From: Sumerlaeia bacterium
Lineage (GTDB): Bacteria; Sumerlaeota; Sumerlaeia; SLMS01; JAHLLQ01
Length of the DNA stretch: 64,000 bases
Direction: 5' to 3'
NCBI GenBank assembly: GCA_040219255.1
Contig: JAVJSW010000016.1
Location: forward strand, 16,072 to 80,071
Shown here piece after piece: positions 19,458 through 29,111 of this stretch. Below the pieces are notes generated by a model. That model was not told where the DNA came from and did not search any database. It was given only the letters and a program-made list of their open reading frames with translations. The position numbers and the translations under genes are program-made. Numbering within the stretch: the first letter of the stretch is position 1; the number at the start of each line of letters is the position of its first letter.

Positions 19458-20186
19458 CTACAATTCGAATAGGAATCCCCGCTCTTTCAACCGCTCGTAA
19501 GCCTCTTGATCGAAGGAGTAGAAGCGGGCGGCGCGGTGGGGAACGTTCTGCTGTTTTTCGTCAAGGGCCTTGAGGATGCCCATGCCGAGGATTTTCTTGC
19601 GGAAGTTGCGCTTGTCCAGCTCGCGCTCCAGGATGCCCTCGTAAAGCCGCTGCAAGTCGGTGAGGACGAACTTTTCGGGCAGAAGCTCGAAGCCGATCGG
19701 TTCGTAGCGAATTTTGTTGCGGAGGCGCTGGCGCGCCATGTCCAGGATGCGGGCGTGATCGAAGGCCAGCGCGGGGGTGGCGGCGGCGGGGAACCACGCC
19801 GCCTCACTGGCAGCGTCGCTGGTCGAGACGGGCGCCGCCTCGGGTTTGCGGATCAGGGAAAAATACGCCACCGTCAGGACCCGCCCGCGCGGATCGCGGC
19901 CCAGGTCGCCGAAGGTGTAGAGCTGTTCCAGGTAGGCATCGGCGATGCCGGTTTTCTCGCGCAGTTTGCTGCGGGCGGTGTCTTCCAGCGACATTTCGAC
20001 GCCGACAAAGCCGCCGGGAATGGCCCATTCGCCTTTGTAAGGCTCGACGCCGCGCCGCACGAGCAGAACTTGCAGTTCGCTGCTTTCGACGGCGAACATC
20101 ACGCAGTCGGCGGTGACGCTTGGCTGGGGGTAATCGGTCAGGCGTTCGGCGTTCGGCGTGGCGGCCGAAGCTTTCGGTGGCGTCAT
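19458..20186 (-). CDS. nrtR: NrtR-family regulator (Nudix domain plus wHTH)
   Basis: WAIPGGFV, degenerate Nudix box ARSKLREKTG, LEQLYTFG…RDPRGR, LAFDH, LDKRNFRKKI; located in an NAD operon. Confidence 0.9.
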   Translation of the reverse strand: MTPPKASAATPNAERLTDYPQPSVTADCVMFAVESSELQVLLVRRGVEPYKGEWAIPGGFVGVEMSLEDTARSKLREKTGIADAYLEQLYTFGDLGRDPRGRVLTVAYFSLIRKPEAAPVSTSDAASEAAWFPAAATPALAFDHARILDMARQRLRNKIRYEPIGFELLPEKFVLTDLQRLYEGILERELDKRNFRKKILGMGILKALDEKQQNVPHRAARFYSFDQEAYERLKERGFLFEL

Positions 20187-22189
20187 TGGGCGTTCGCTCC
20201 CGCGGAATGGGTTTGGGGCAGCTCATCGCTGAGCCGTTGCAGTTCTTCGGCGTAACCGCTCGACAGGATCGGAAAGCGGCACCACGTCTTCGGATCCAGG
20301 TTCTCGTCGTCCAGGTGGAATGACGGCGCGTAGCGCTCGCGCTTCCATTGGTTGCGGCACCACAGACGGAAGAAGCGGCTGACGAAGAAGGCGAGTTGCT
20401 CCTCGCCCCCGACGCGCGGCGCCCAGGCGCTCCGGAGCGTCGCGTACACATCCTCCGGTGCCAGACGGTCGCGAATCGCGCACCGTTCGATGGCGTCGAG
20501 CAAATCGTAAGGCATCAAATCGCCCTCGTCGGTTTGGCGGGCCTCGCCGGGGCGCAATTCCGCCATCGGCGGCAGCTCGAGAACCTCGGCGATTTGCGGC
20601 AGGGGGCCCATGCCTTGGGGGCCGACCTCGGCCATCCAACGCAGCCACCGCCGCAGGTAATACTTATCGATGCCCGCGATGGGGGCCAGGCTGCCGGCCG
20701 TATCGCCGTCCATCGTGGCGTAGCCGACGGCGGCTTCGCTGCGGTTGCTGGTGGTGAGCAGCAGCCCGTTGCGCACGTTCGCCAGCATCCAGATGCCAGG
20801 GGCGCGGACACGGGCCTGGATGTTCTGGAGCGTGATGTCGTCGTGCTCCCAGGTCAGCGGCCGGCCCAGGGTGCCTTCGACCAGTTGGCGATAGCCCTGC
20901 ACCTGGGCCTCCACATCCCAGACGCTGTGGCGGGCGCCGAGGGCATCGGCGAGCACCTGGGCCGCGTTGCGCGTGACGGCGCCGCTGTTGGCGGTGGCCT
21001 GATAGGCCGTGTCGAGGATGCCGCCACTGTAGCAATCGGGATCGAGTTTGAGCTGGGGCAGGCGCCGGTCCGCTTCCTCGAAACCGATTTCCGACACCGC
21101 CAGCCGAAACCCCATGCCCGCCAGCGTGGCGCAGGCCGCTGAATCCGCTCCGCCCGAGAGCGACACCACAAAGCCGCCGGCCCGCGACTTCCGGAGGTAG
21201 TCGAACAAGCCTAGCGAGACCGCTCGGGCGAATTCCTCTTCCTTGATGTAGGGCCCATCGCGCCAGTCGCCGAACTTGTCCATCGCCGGCGTCGGAGCCT
21301 CGTCCACATCCGGCCAGTCGAAATCCACCTCGATGGCTTCCGGGCCGGTTTCGACGATACGGAAGCTGGTCTGGCGGGCGCGGCGCATCTTGAGCAAATC
21401 GACGTCCACGACCGCGCTGGCGACGTTCAGTTCGTCAAACGACAGCCGCGTCGTGCGAGCCAGAATATCGCCGCCGTGGGCGATGATGGCTTCGCCGTCA
21501 TAGATGACGCGGCCCGCTTCGTTGCCCAGCAGGTTGGCGTACACATAGCTCACGGCGAGGCTGCGCGATCCTTCGCCGACGATGCTGTGGCGGACCTTCC
21601 ACTTGCCGAGGGCGAAGTGGCTCGCCGACGGATTGGCCACGATGTCGCAGCCCGCCTGGGCCAGGCGCATGCCCGGCCGGTCCGGCACCCAGGCGTCCTC
21701 GCAGATTTCCGCCCCCACGCGCACACCGCCGATGTCGAAGATGAGATCGCCAAAGGGCACCTCGCGCCCGGCGACGTCGATCCAGGCCTTCTTACCCGCC
21801 TCCCACGCGCGGAAGTAACGCGGTTCGTAGTGGATGCCGTCGCCCGCCAGGTACTGCTTCGCCACAAAACCCACGACGCGCCCATCGACGATAAAGGCGA
21901 CGGCGTTGTAGAGCCCCTGATAGAGCCGCACCGGCAGGCCCACGGCCACCACCATGCCGCGCGTTTCCTCCGCCAGATCGAGCAGGCTTTCCATCGCATG
22001 GCGGCTCGTGCTGATGGCGTGGAAAGCGTCCTCGCATCCGTAGCCGGAGAGGGCCAACTCCGGCAAAACCAGGAAGCTGACCCCGGCCTCGCGGGCTTCG
22101 CCGATGGCGGCGGCGGCCCGCTGGCGGTTGCCGCCCCAATCGAGCGGCAGTTGGTTGAGCGCTCCCGCGCCGAGTTTGATCCAACGCAT
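20183..22189 (-). CDS. nadE: Glutamine-dependent NAD+ synthetase
   Basis: Nitrilase domain (LPEL, AKQYL, EICEDAW) plus synthetase domain (LSGGADS, QNIQARVR, SNRSEAAVGYAT); start MRWIKLG at 22189. Confidence 0.95.
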   Translation of the reverse strand: MRWIKLGAGALNQLPLDWGGNRQRAAAAIGEAREAGVSFLVLPELALSGYGCEDAFHAISTSRHAMESLLDLAEETRGMVVAVGLPVRLYQGLYNAVAFIVDGRVVGFVAKQYLAGDGIHYEPRYFRAWEAGKKAWIDVAGREVPFGDLIFDIGGVRVGAEICEDAWVPDRPGMRLAQAGCDIVANPSASHFALGKWKVRHSIVGEGSRSLAVSYVYANLLGNEAGRVIYDGEAIIAHGGDILARTTRLSFDELNVASAVVDVDLLKMRRARQTSFRIVETGPEAIEVDFDWPDVDEAPTPAMDKFGDWRDGPYIKEEEFARAVSLGLFDYLRKSRAGGFVVSLSGGADSAACATLAGMGFRLAVSEIGFEEADRRLPQLKLDPDCYSGGILDTAYQATANSGAVTRNAAQVLADALGARHSVWDVEAQVQGYRQLVEGTLGRPLTWEHDDITLQNIQARVRAPGIWMLANVRNGLLLTTSNRSEAAVGYATMDGDTAGSLAPIAGIDKYYLRRWLRWMAEVGPQGMGPLPQIAEVLELPPMAELRPGEARQTDEGDLMPYDLLDAIERCAIRDRLAPEDVYATLRSAWAPRVGGEEQLAFFVSRFFRLWCRNQWKRERYAPSFHLDDENLDPKTWCRFPILSSGYAEELQRLSDELPQTHSAGANAQ

Positions 22190-22194
22190 CGTTG

Positions 22195-23676
22195 TTATCC
22201 TTTCCGGGCCGTGGCGCGTTCGCGCACGTTGGCGATCATGGTGGCTTTCGTTTCCGCCAGGGCGGGCGTCAGGCCGGTGAAGTAGGGCTCCGGGGCGTCG
22301 AGGCGGCGGTGCGCCTCGGGCAAGCTGGCCAGTTGCGCTCGGGCGCGGGCGGCGATGGCTTTCACGCAAGAGGTGCGCGCGAGCGGTTCGTTCCCCCGCC
22401 AGACCGGTTCCAGCAGAGTCTCCGCCCGCCACGCCGGGTCGAGCGCAAACCGTTCCCGATGATTTGTCTGACCCACGAGGTACTCGACCGGCGCGAGGGC
22501 CGATTCCGTCACATCGCCGATGCCGTCGGCGCGCATCGTGCCGTCGCCATCGCGCCAGCGCCGGACCTGCTGGATGCCCGGGTTGGTGGTAATGATCTCC
22601 GTCGAGCTGAGTTTGAGGCAGCGCCGCCAGCCCGAGCCGTCGTCGATGGCCGCCAGCTTGTAGACCCCGCCCAGGGCCGCCTGATCGCCGCCCGTGGCGA
22701 GGCGCGTTCCGACGCCCCAGACGTCGATGGGGGCACCGTCGGCGCGCAGGCGGGCGATCTCGTATTCGTCGAGGTCGCTGCTCGCCACGATTTGCGCGTT
22801 GGGGAAACCGGCCGCGTCGAGGATGATGCGGGCCTCTTTGCTCAGCGCCCCCAGGTCTCCCGAGTCGAGCCGCACGCCGGCCAGTTCGTGGCCCCGCTCG
22901 CGCAACCGCTCGCCCACCGCGCAGGCTTTGCGTACGCCCTCCAGTGTGTCGTAGGTATCCACCAGCAGGATGGTGTTGTTGGGCTGGGTTTTGACGTAGG
23001 TTTCGAAAGCCTCTTCCTCCGAATCGAAGGACATGACCCAACTGTGGGCGTGGGTGCCCTTGACCGGCACGCCGAGGAGCTTGCCCGCGAGGGCGTTGCT
23101 GGTGGCGTCGCAGCCGCCGATCATCGCGGCCCGCGCCGCCGAAAGCCCGCCGTCCTGGCCCTGGGCGCGGCGCAGGCCGAACTCCAGGACCTTGCCCCCG
23201 GGCCCCGCGGCCTGGCGCACGCGGGCCGCTTTGGTGGCGATCAGGGTCTGGAAATTGACGATGTTCAGCAGCGGCGTCTCGACGATCTGGGCCAGCCACA
23301 TCGGCCCCACCACGCGCAGGAGCGGTTCGTTGGAGAAGACAGGCGTGCCCTCCGACACGGCGTCGATTTCCAGGTCGAGGGGTTCGGTGCGGAGGAATCG
23401 GAGGTACTCATCCTCGAAGATTGGGCGGCCATCACTGCCCGTCACCGACCGCAGATAATCCGTGACGTCGCTGTCGAAGCGCAGCGCCGACAGGAAATCG
23501 AGCGCCGAGTCGAGCCCCGCCGCCAGCGCGTAGGCCCCGCCAAAGGGGGCCCGCCGGAAGAAGAGATGGAAACACGCCCGATGACGCGCCCGGCCCGCTT
23601 TCCAATAGCCATAGGACATGGTGAATTGGTACAGATCGGTGAGAAGCGCCGGGAGAAACGGTTGGGTCATGAGCAT
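22195..23676 (-). CDS. pncB: Nicotinate phosphoribosyltransferase
   Basis: LLTDLYQFTM, EFGLRRAQG, GTHAHSW, LVDTYD, VRLDSGD, ASSDLDE, GVGT, GGVYKL. Confidence 0.95.
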   Translation of the reverse strand: MLMTQPFLPALLTDLYQFTMSYGYWKAGRARHRACFHLFFRRAPFGGAYALAAGLDSALDFLSALRFDSDVTDYLRSVTGSDGRPIFEDEYLRFLRTEPLDLEIDAVSEGTPVFSNEPLLRVVGPMWLAQIVETPLLNIVNFQTLIATKAARVRQAAGPGGKVLEFGLRRAQGQDGGLSAARAAMIGGCDATSNALAGKLLGVPVKGTHAHSWVMSFDSEEEAFETYVKTQPNNTILLVDTYDTLEGVRKACAVGERLRERGHELAGVRLDSGDLGALSKEARIILDAAGFPNAQIVASSDLDEYEIARLRADGAPIDVWGVGTRLATGGDQAALGGVYKLAAIDDGSGWRRCLKLSSTEIITTNPGIQQVRRWRDGDGTMRADGIGDVTESALAPVEYLVGQTNHRERFALDPAWRAETLLEPVWRGNEPLARTSCVKAIAARARAQLASLPEAHRRLDAPEPYFTGLTPALAETKATMIANVRERATARKG

Positions 23677-23700
23677 CGGAGTCGTGTCCTTTCCCAAGGT

Positions 23701-23723
23701 CTATGTGTATTTTACACACGAAG
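23701..23723. promoter_or_regulatory. Candidate NrtR operator
   Basis: CTATGTGT-ATTTTAC-ACACGAAG imperfect palindrome (GTGT-N7-ACAC) overlapping the -10 box; matches the GT-N7-AC core known for NrtR sites. Confidence 0.75.
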
Positions 23724-23736
23724 AATCGCGGGTCAA
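23709..23736 (-). promoter_or_regulatory. Sigma70-type promoter of pncB-nadE-nrtR
   Basis: Minus strand TTGACC-N16-TAAAAT, about 30 nt upstream of the pncB ATG. Confidence 0.7.
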
Positions 23737-23813
23737 GGGGGAAAGTGATTGCCCTGGGCCAGCTTTAGCTCAGACTCATTCTTTCAGTTCCTCACGCGAA
23801 AGCCCTCCTTTCC

Positions 23814-24518
23814 ATGTCCGAGTCCCCTCCTCCCCCGCCTACGCCCAGTCCCCAGCCAGGGCCGCATCAACACGGCGTACTGTATTACAAGCCACCGACG
23901 TCCGGCTGGGCCATCGCGGCCATGACGCTTGGGTTCACCTCGCTGTTGTGCTCGTTCCTGACGGGAATTCCGGCGCTGATCGCGGGCATCATCGCCCGTG
24001 TGCGAATCAACCGTAGCGGCGGGCAATTGGGAGGCGGCGGCTATGCGTTGACGGGGATTTTACTCGGCATCGGGACGCTGTTTTGCTCCATGGCGCACTT
24101 TCTGGCAGCCATCGCTGTACCGAATTTTCTGGAGGCCCAGGTGCGGGCGAAGGTCTCGCGCACGAGGAGCGAACTCCGTGTGCTGAGTACCGCGCTCGAT
24201 GCGTACCGGGTGGACGAAAGGCGTTACCCGCCGGACCTGGATCTTCTCTTGGATTCGGGCTATTACATCACGGCGATGCCGCAGGACCCCTTTAGCGAAA
24301 TGGCCGACAAGCGCTATGGCTATTGGACGAATGGCGAGCATGCCATCGTGGCGGGCCAAGGCCCCGACATGCGCCCGGACTTAGTTATGTACGAGTACGG
24401 AGAGCTTTATCTCCAGGACATCGCCGACGGCCAATACGATGCGGATTTCATCGATTCCATCTACGACCCGACGAACGGCACGGTCAGCTACGGCGACATT
24501 CTTCGCCCGATTCCTTGA
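23814..24518 (+). CDS. DUF4190 membrane domain fused to a GspG/pilin-like domain
   Basis: TSGWAIAAMTLG…GIIARVRI…GGGYALTGILLG, then AIAVPNFLEAQVRAKVSR…AYRVD…YP…DPF…YDPTNG. Confidence 0.7.
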   Translation: MSESPPPPPTPSPQPGPHQHGVLYYKPPTSGWAIAAMTLGFTSLLCSFLTGIPALIAGIIARVRINRSGGQLGGGGYALTGILLGIGTLFCSMAHFLAAIAVPNFLEAQVRAKVSRTRSELRVLSTALDAYRVDERRYPPDLDLLLDSGYYITAMPQDPFSEMADKRYGYWTNGEHAIVAGQGPDMRPDLVMYEYGELYLQDIADGQYDADFIDSIYDPTNGTVSYGDILRPIP

Positions 24519-24546
24519 ACAACGTTTTCCCGCAAAGGCTCTTGCC

Positions 24547-25242
24547 ATGAATCCTCCGATGCCTCCCGCGACTCCATCGCCCTACGGCTCCTATCCGCCG
24601 CCTTATCCAATGCGCCCGCCGACTTCGAGTCTGGCCATTTCGTCTTTGATTCTCGGATGCATGGGTTTTCTTTGCTCGATCATTACGGGCCTCCCAGCGT
24701 TGATCCTCGGCATCGCGGCGCTCGTGAAGATCCGGCGCAGCGAGGGTGCCCTCGGCGGGTCCGGGCTGGCCGTGGCAGGCATTGTTTTGTCGTTCGTTAC
24801 GGTCGTTCTTTCCATTTTGCCCGTGATGGTTGCCATCGCGGTGCCCGGTTTCCTCAGAGCCCGGCAGCAATCGCGCTTGCGTGCCAGCGAAATCAACTTG
24901 GCCACGCTCGACAGTGCGATTTACGATTACCATTTAGATCATGGCGTTTACCCCCAGGAACTTTCGCAACTGGACAACATCAACAATGTCTCGTCCCTAT
25001 CTATCGATCCGTTCCTTGCGCCGCCGGACAACACCTTCGACTACTGGACGAATGGCCAAGTAGCCATCCTCCGCGGCGCCGGTCCGGACGGCGTCCGCAG
25101 TTACCCTATGGAAACCATCGCCGAAGCCATGATCCTCGATGTCGCCGATGACGCGCCGGACGATGAATGCCTGCGCTATATCTACGACCCCATGAATGGG
25201 ATTCAGAGTCAGGGGGATTTGTTGTATGTGAATTGGGAGTAG
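24547..25242 (+). CDS. Paralogous DUF4190 plus pilin-like domain protein
   Basis: TSSLAISSLILG…LGGSGLAVAGIVLS, AIAVPGFLRAR…YP…DPF…YWTNG…YDPMNG. Confidence 0.7.
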   Translation: MNPPMPPATPSPYGSYPPPYPMRPPTSSLAISSLILGCMGFLCSIITGLPALILGIAALVKIRRSEGALGGSGLAVAGIVLSFVTVVLSILPVMVAIAVPGFLRARQQSRLRASEINLATLDSAIYDYHLDHGVYPQELSQLDNINNVSSLSIDPFLAPPDNTFDYWTNGQVAILRGAGPDGVRSYPMETIAEAMILDVADDAPDDECLRYIYDPMNGIQSQGDLLYVNWE

Positions 25243-25272
25243 GGCCTGCTCTTTTTCACGTACCGAACGGCT

Positions 25273-26592
25273 TCATCTACCTACCTTGCTTCGGCCTCTC
25301 AAGAGGCTGGAAATCGCTAGAACCCCAGCCACCCCCAACGCCATCGGCGCCACCGCCAGCCCCATCAGCAACCCCGCCACCGACCGCCGCCGGGGTTTAC
25401 TTTCGGGTTCGGGATTCATGACCTCGGGACCCGCCGCGGCAGGACCCGGAGCGGCGGCCGCCGGGCGCCGCTCCGGGTTGCGGCACCAGGCCGCCAAGGG
25501 CTCGATGGTGCGGTCCCAGGAGTAGCGCTCGCGCACGAGGCGGCGCGTGTTGTCCGCCCGCCGCTCGCGCTCGTCTCGATCGGTCAGAATCGTTCGGAGC
25601 GCCCGCGCCAGACCCTCCCGGTCTCCCGGCCTGAGCGCCCACCCTGCCTGGGCTTCGGCGATGGCGGGGGCCAGTTCGTCGTAGTCATTATGAAGCACCG
25701 GCAGCCCCGCCGCCAGATACTGCACCGTGCGCGTGGGAAAGGCCAGTTCGCGCTCGGGATTGCGGGGCATCAGATCCAGCGCGGCGCCGAAGCGGGTCAG
25801 CTCGCGCGCGTAGTCGTCGAACGCCATCGGCCCCCGCAACGTCACGCGAGAGTGCGACTTCAGGCGTTCGAGGAGGGCGTCGTGCCGCCCGGCGCTGACA
25901 TCGCCAGAGGGATGGGCCCCGCCGATGATCGTCAAGTGCCCGGCGCCGGCTTCGTCCATGATTTCAAGAGTGGTTTCGATGGCCCAACTCGGGTCTTGCC
26001 AGGGCAGGAAGAACCCGCCCAGGACCAGATGCGCCCCGTCGCGGTCGTCATTGGGCGGGGCCAAATCCGGGTCCACGGAAAAGGCAATGGCGGGGCACAA
26101 GTCGCCGTTGGCCATATCCCAGCCCGCCATAGCGAGAAAGCCCAGAAAGTAGCGCCTCTGGTATTCGCCCGAGCACACAACGTGGTCGGCGCGGCGCAGG
26201 ACGGCGAGTTTTTCCGCCAGATCGCTCTCTCGATGGCGCGAGCCCCAGAGGCAGCGCTCGAGCAAGTGCGGTCCGGCGAGATCGACGGCGAGGGGCTGGG
26301 CGATCTCCGGCAGGTCGCGCCCGAGGCCCCAGTGCTGCAGGATGACCGTGTCCGGCGCCAAATCGGCGATGAACGCCGCGAGGCCGCTTCGCTCGAAGGT
26401 GCGCACGCCTTCGGGCCAAGCCGACCGATCCACGCTACGGCCCCGAATGGCGTCGGCGGCGAAGGCCACAGCGACCTCGCCAACGCCGGCGCTCTGCAAA
26501 CCCCGAAACAGCGCCCACGCCCGCAGTCCCGCTCCGGTGGCGGGGAGCCCCGGCAAGGGTAGCGGTTCGGTGGTGAGGATCAGGTGGCGCAA
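25273..26592 (-). CDS. GT-B glycosyltransferase (GT4-like)
   Basis: PATGAGLRAW N-terminus; ELAFPTRTVQYLAAGLPVL; RERYSWD; TTG start. Confidence 0.75.
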   Translation of the reverse strand: MRHLILTTEPLPLPGLPATGAGLRAWALFRGLQSAGVGEVAVAFAADAIRGRSVDRSAWPEGVRTFERSGLAAFIADLAPDTVILQHWGLGRDLPEIAQPLAVDLAGPHLLERCLWGSRHRESDLAEKLAVLRRADHVVCSGEYQRRYFLGFLAMAGWDMANGDLCPAIAFSVDPDLAPPNDDRDGAHLVLGGFFLPWQDPSWAIETTLEIMDEAGAGHLTIIGGAHPSGDVSAGRHDALLERLKSHSRVTLRGPMAFDDYARELTRFGAALDLMPRNPERELAFPTRTVQYLAAGLPVLHNDYDELAPAIAEAQAGWALRPGDREGLARALRTILTDRDERERRADNTRRLVRERYSWDRTIEPLAAWCRNPERRPAAAAPGPAAAGPEVMNPEPESKPRRRSVAGLLMGLAVAPMALGVAGVLAISSLLRGRSKVGR

Positions 26593-26599
26593 GGCGGGG

Positions 26600-27778
26600 T
26601 TACTTCAGGCCGGTACGGGCGATGCCCTGGATGAAGAAGCGCTGCATCAGGAAGAACAGAATCACGATGGGCAGAATCGCCATGGTGGAGGCCGCCATCA
26701 GCAGGTGAAACTCCGACCCGGCGTCCTGGCTGAAAGCCTGGAGGCCCACCATGAGGGTGCGCATCTCGGGGCTGCTGGTCACGATCAACGGCCACAAGAG
26801 CGCGTTCCAGTTGCCCAGGAACAGGAAAATCCCCGCCGTGATATAGACCGGCTTGGACAAAGGTGTGATGATCTGCCAGAGGAAGCGGAACCGCCCTGCG
26901 CCGTCGATCTGGGCGGCATCCCACAAATCGTCCGGGACGCCCATGAAGAACTGGCGCATCAGGAAAATCGTGAAGACGCTCGCCAGATACGGCACGATCA
27001 GCGCGAAATAGGTGTCCAACCAGCCGATCTTGGCCAGAATCAAGAAGTTGGGAATGAGTAAGACCTGGCCCGGCACCATCATGGTCAGGAGCACGATGTA
27101 GAAGAACGCGCCCTTGCCCCAGAAACGCATCTTGGCGAAGGCGAAGGCCGCGAGGGCGCTGGTGATGAGCGTTCCGAACGTCGAGACGATCCCGGTGAAG
27201 GAAGACACCCAGAAGTACTGGCCAAAGTTCACGCGGCCGCGGGTCGCTTCCTCGGGCCGGAACCAGGCCACCAGGAAGTTTCGTCCGTCGAGCCGATTGA
27301 CCGGGTCGCTGGCGAGCATCTCGGGATCGACCTGAAACAGGGAGCCTTCCTTCGGCTGGAGCCGCGGACGCGTGATGCCGTCCGTCTCCTCCAGCACAAA
27401 GTCCACGTCTTCAACCGGGGCGACGTCCACGGTTTCGCCTTGGCGGCGGCGCTGAGACAACACCATCACGGCCTGCTGATCCGCCTCCGGGGCGTTGGCC
27501 GGATAGCGGTACTCCATATGCTGGGGCAGGAAGATAGGGTTGGGCGAGGAGGCCATCTCGGCGTCCTTGAACGACGTGACGACCATCCAGTAAAACGGCA
27601 GGAGCATGAACAGGGCACCCGCGACCAGGGTCTCGTAGAGCAGAAAAGATTTGCACGCGCGGCTGATTTTGATCAGGCGGCCGGTGCGCTCGGGCAGGTA
27701 GTAGATGACCGTCACAGCCGCGATAGCCGCAACATTCAGGAGGAGAAAGAGAAACGCGATGAACTGAAGATCGATCAT
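26600..27778 (-). CDS. Carbohydrate ABC transporter permease (MalG/UgpE-like) with an inserted loop
   Basis: PFYWMVVTSFK, AAFAFAK, FLMRQFF…DAAQIDGA (EAA loop), WNALLWPL, QRFFIQG; start at ATG 27778 (ATGA overlap). Confidence 0.9.
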   Translation of the reverse strand: MIDLQFIAFLFLLLNVAAIAAVTVIYYLPERTGRLIKISRACKSFLLYETLVAGALFMLLPFYWMVVTSFKDAEMASSPNPIFLPQHMEYRYPANAPEADQQAVMVLSQRRRQGETVDVAPVEDVDFVLEETDGITRPRLQPKEGSLFQVDPEMLASDPVNRLDGRNFLVAWFRPEEATRGRVNFGQYFWVSSFTGIVSTFGTLITSALAAFAFAKMRFWGKGAFFYIVLLTMMVPGQVLLIPNFLILAKIGWLDTYFALIVPYLASVFTIFLMRQFFMGVPDDLWDAAQIDGAGRFRFLWQIITPLSKPVYITAGIFLFLGNWNALLWPLIVTSSPEMRTLMVGLQAFSQDAGSEFHLLMAASTMAILPIVILFFLMQRFFIQGIARTGLK

Positions 27779-28779
27779 TGTCCGTACTCGACTTTCTTGC
27801 CAAAGACACGGTTCTGAGCGACGGTCAGGACCAGGATGATGATCGTCAGGATGTAGGCGATGGCCGAGGCGTAACTGAGTTCCCACTGACCGGTGAAGCC
27901 GATCGAGTACATGTAGAACACGATGGGCGAGGTCGTTCCGTCTGGCCCGCCGTCGGGCGTCATCACCAGCATGGGCACGAAAATCTTGAAGGCGCCGATC
28001 ATAGAAATGACCAGCAGGAAGAACGTCACCGGCGACAGCAGGGGGAAGGTGATGGCCCAGAACTTCTGGAACGGCGTGGCGCCATCGATGTCGGCGGCTT
28101 CGTAGTAGGAGTGGTCGATGCTCTGGAGCCCCGCCAAGAAGATAATCATGAAGTAGCCGATGTCGCGCCAGATGCTGGTGACGATGATGCAGAACATGGC
28201 CAGGCTGGGGCCTTCGGGGATGGCGTTCAGCCCCAGGGCCAAGTCCGGCACGGTGTAGCCGAACATCATTTCGAAGATGCCCTTGGGTTCGGCGAGCCAG
28301 GCGAGATCCTGGTAGGAGCCGCCGAGAATGTCCTCGGTGATGACCCGGAAGAGCCAGTTGGCCAGTCCCGCCTCGCGGTTGAACAGATAGGTCCACACGA
28401 TCGAGATGGCGACCCAGGTGGTGACGTAGGGCAGGAAGAAAGCGGTTCGGAAGAAGGCGCGGCCCTTGATCTTAGAGTTCAGCAGGAGCGCGGCGATCAG
28501 CGACAGCGCCAACGTCGGCGGCACGCTGTAAACCGTGTAGTTGAGCGTGTTCCACAGGGACTGGACAAAGTCCTCGTCCTGGAAGGCGCGGGTGTATTGG
28601 CTCAGCCCGACCCAATTGAAATCGCCGATGGGGGTCAGGGCGGTGGCGTCGAAGAAGCTGACGATGAGCGCCAAGAGCACCGGCAGGAACCAGAAAATGA
28701 GCAGAATCAGGCCCGCGGGCGCCAGATAGGCGAAGGCCTCGAGCTGATCCCGCATTCGGCGTTTTTGCGCACCCGTCAT
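27775..28779 (-). CDS. Carbohydrate ABC transporter permease (MalF/UgpA-like)
   Basis: YLAPA, FRTAFFLPYVT, FLAGLQSI…YEAADIDGA (EAA loop), ITFPLLSP. Confidence 0.9.
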   Translation of the reverse strand: MTGAQKRRMRDQLEAFAYLAPAGLILLIFWFLPVLLALIVSFFDATALTPIGDFNWVGLSQYTRAFQDEDFVQSLWNTLNYTVYSVPPTLALSLIAALLLNSKIKGRAFFRTAFFLPYVTTWVAISIVWTYLFNREAGLANWLFRVITEDILGGSYQDLAWLAEPKGIFEMMFGYTVPDLALGLNAIPEGPSLAMFCIIVTSIWRDIGYFMIIFLAGLQSIDHSYYEAADIDGATPFQKFWAITFPLLSPVTFFLLVISMIGAFKIFVPMLVMTPDGGPDGTTSPIVFYMYSIGFTGQWELSYASAIAYILTIIILVLTVAQNRVFGKKVEYGQ

Positions 28780-29111
28780 GAGTCGTTGTCGCGTCGGAAG
28801 AAAAATGGGCGAGGAAGGCACCAGCCTCCCAATCAATCCCCGCAGGACCTAGGGGACAATAAAATGCAGTGGCAAGGAGAGTCTGCCTTGGAGCGGTGGG
28901 AACGCCGGTAAAGCGAACGGAATTCTCGATTTCCTAACAGTTCCGCTTTGAAACGCCATCGGGCTTTCCCACCCGCCGAAACAGGATTGACAGTCCTTCC
29001 CCTTGCCCCAAACCCTGGAGCTGTTGAGGGAATCGGGACTGGGAGACGAAGGGCGATCGTCTTCCCGTCATTGTCTCGCGAGATTTCGCCCCAACATCGG
29101 ACGGTGATTTT

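Noticed and set aside
22190-23299. Apparent N-terminal extension of NadE (1038-aa ORF) suggesting a fusion or frameshift
   Set aside because: The extension is an alternate frame of pncB; pncB has its own stop at 22195 and nadE its own ATG at 22189
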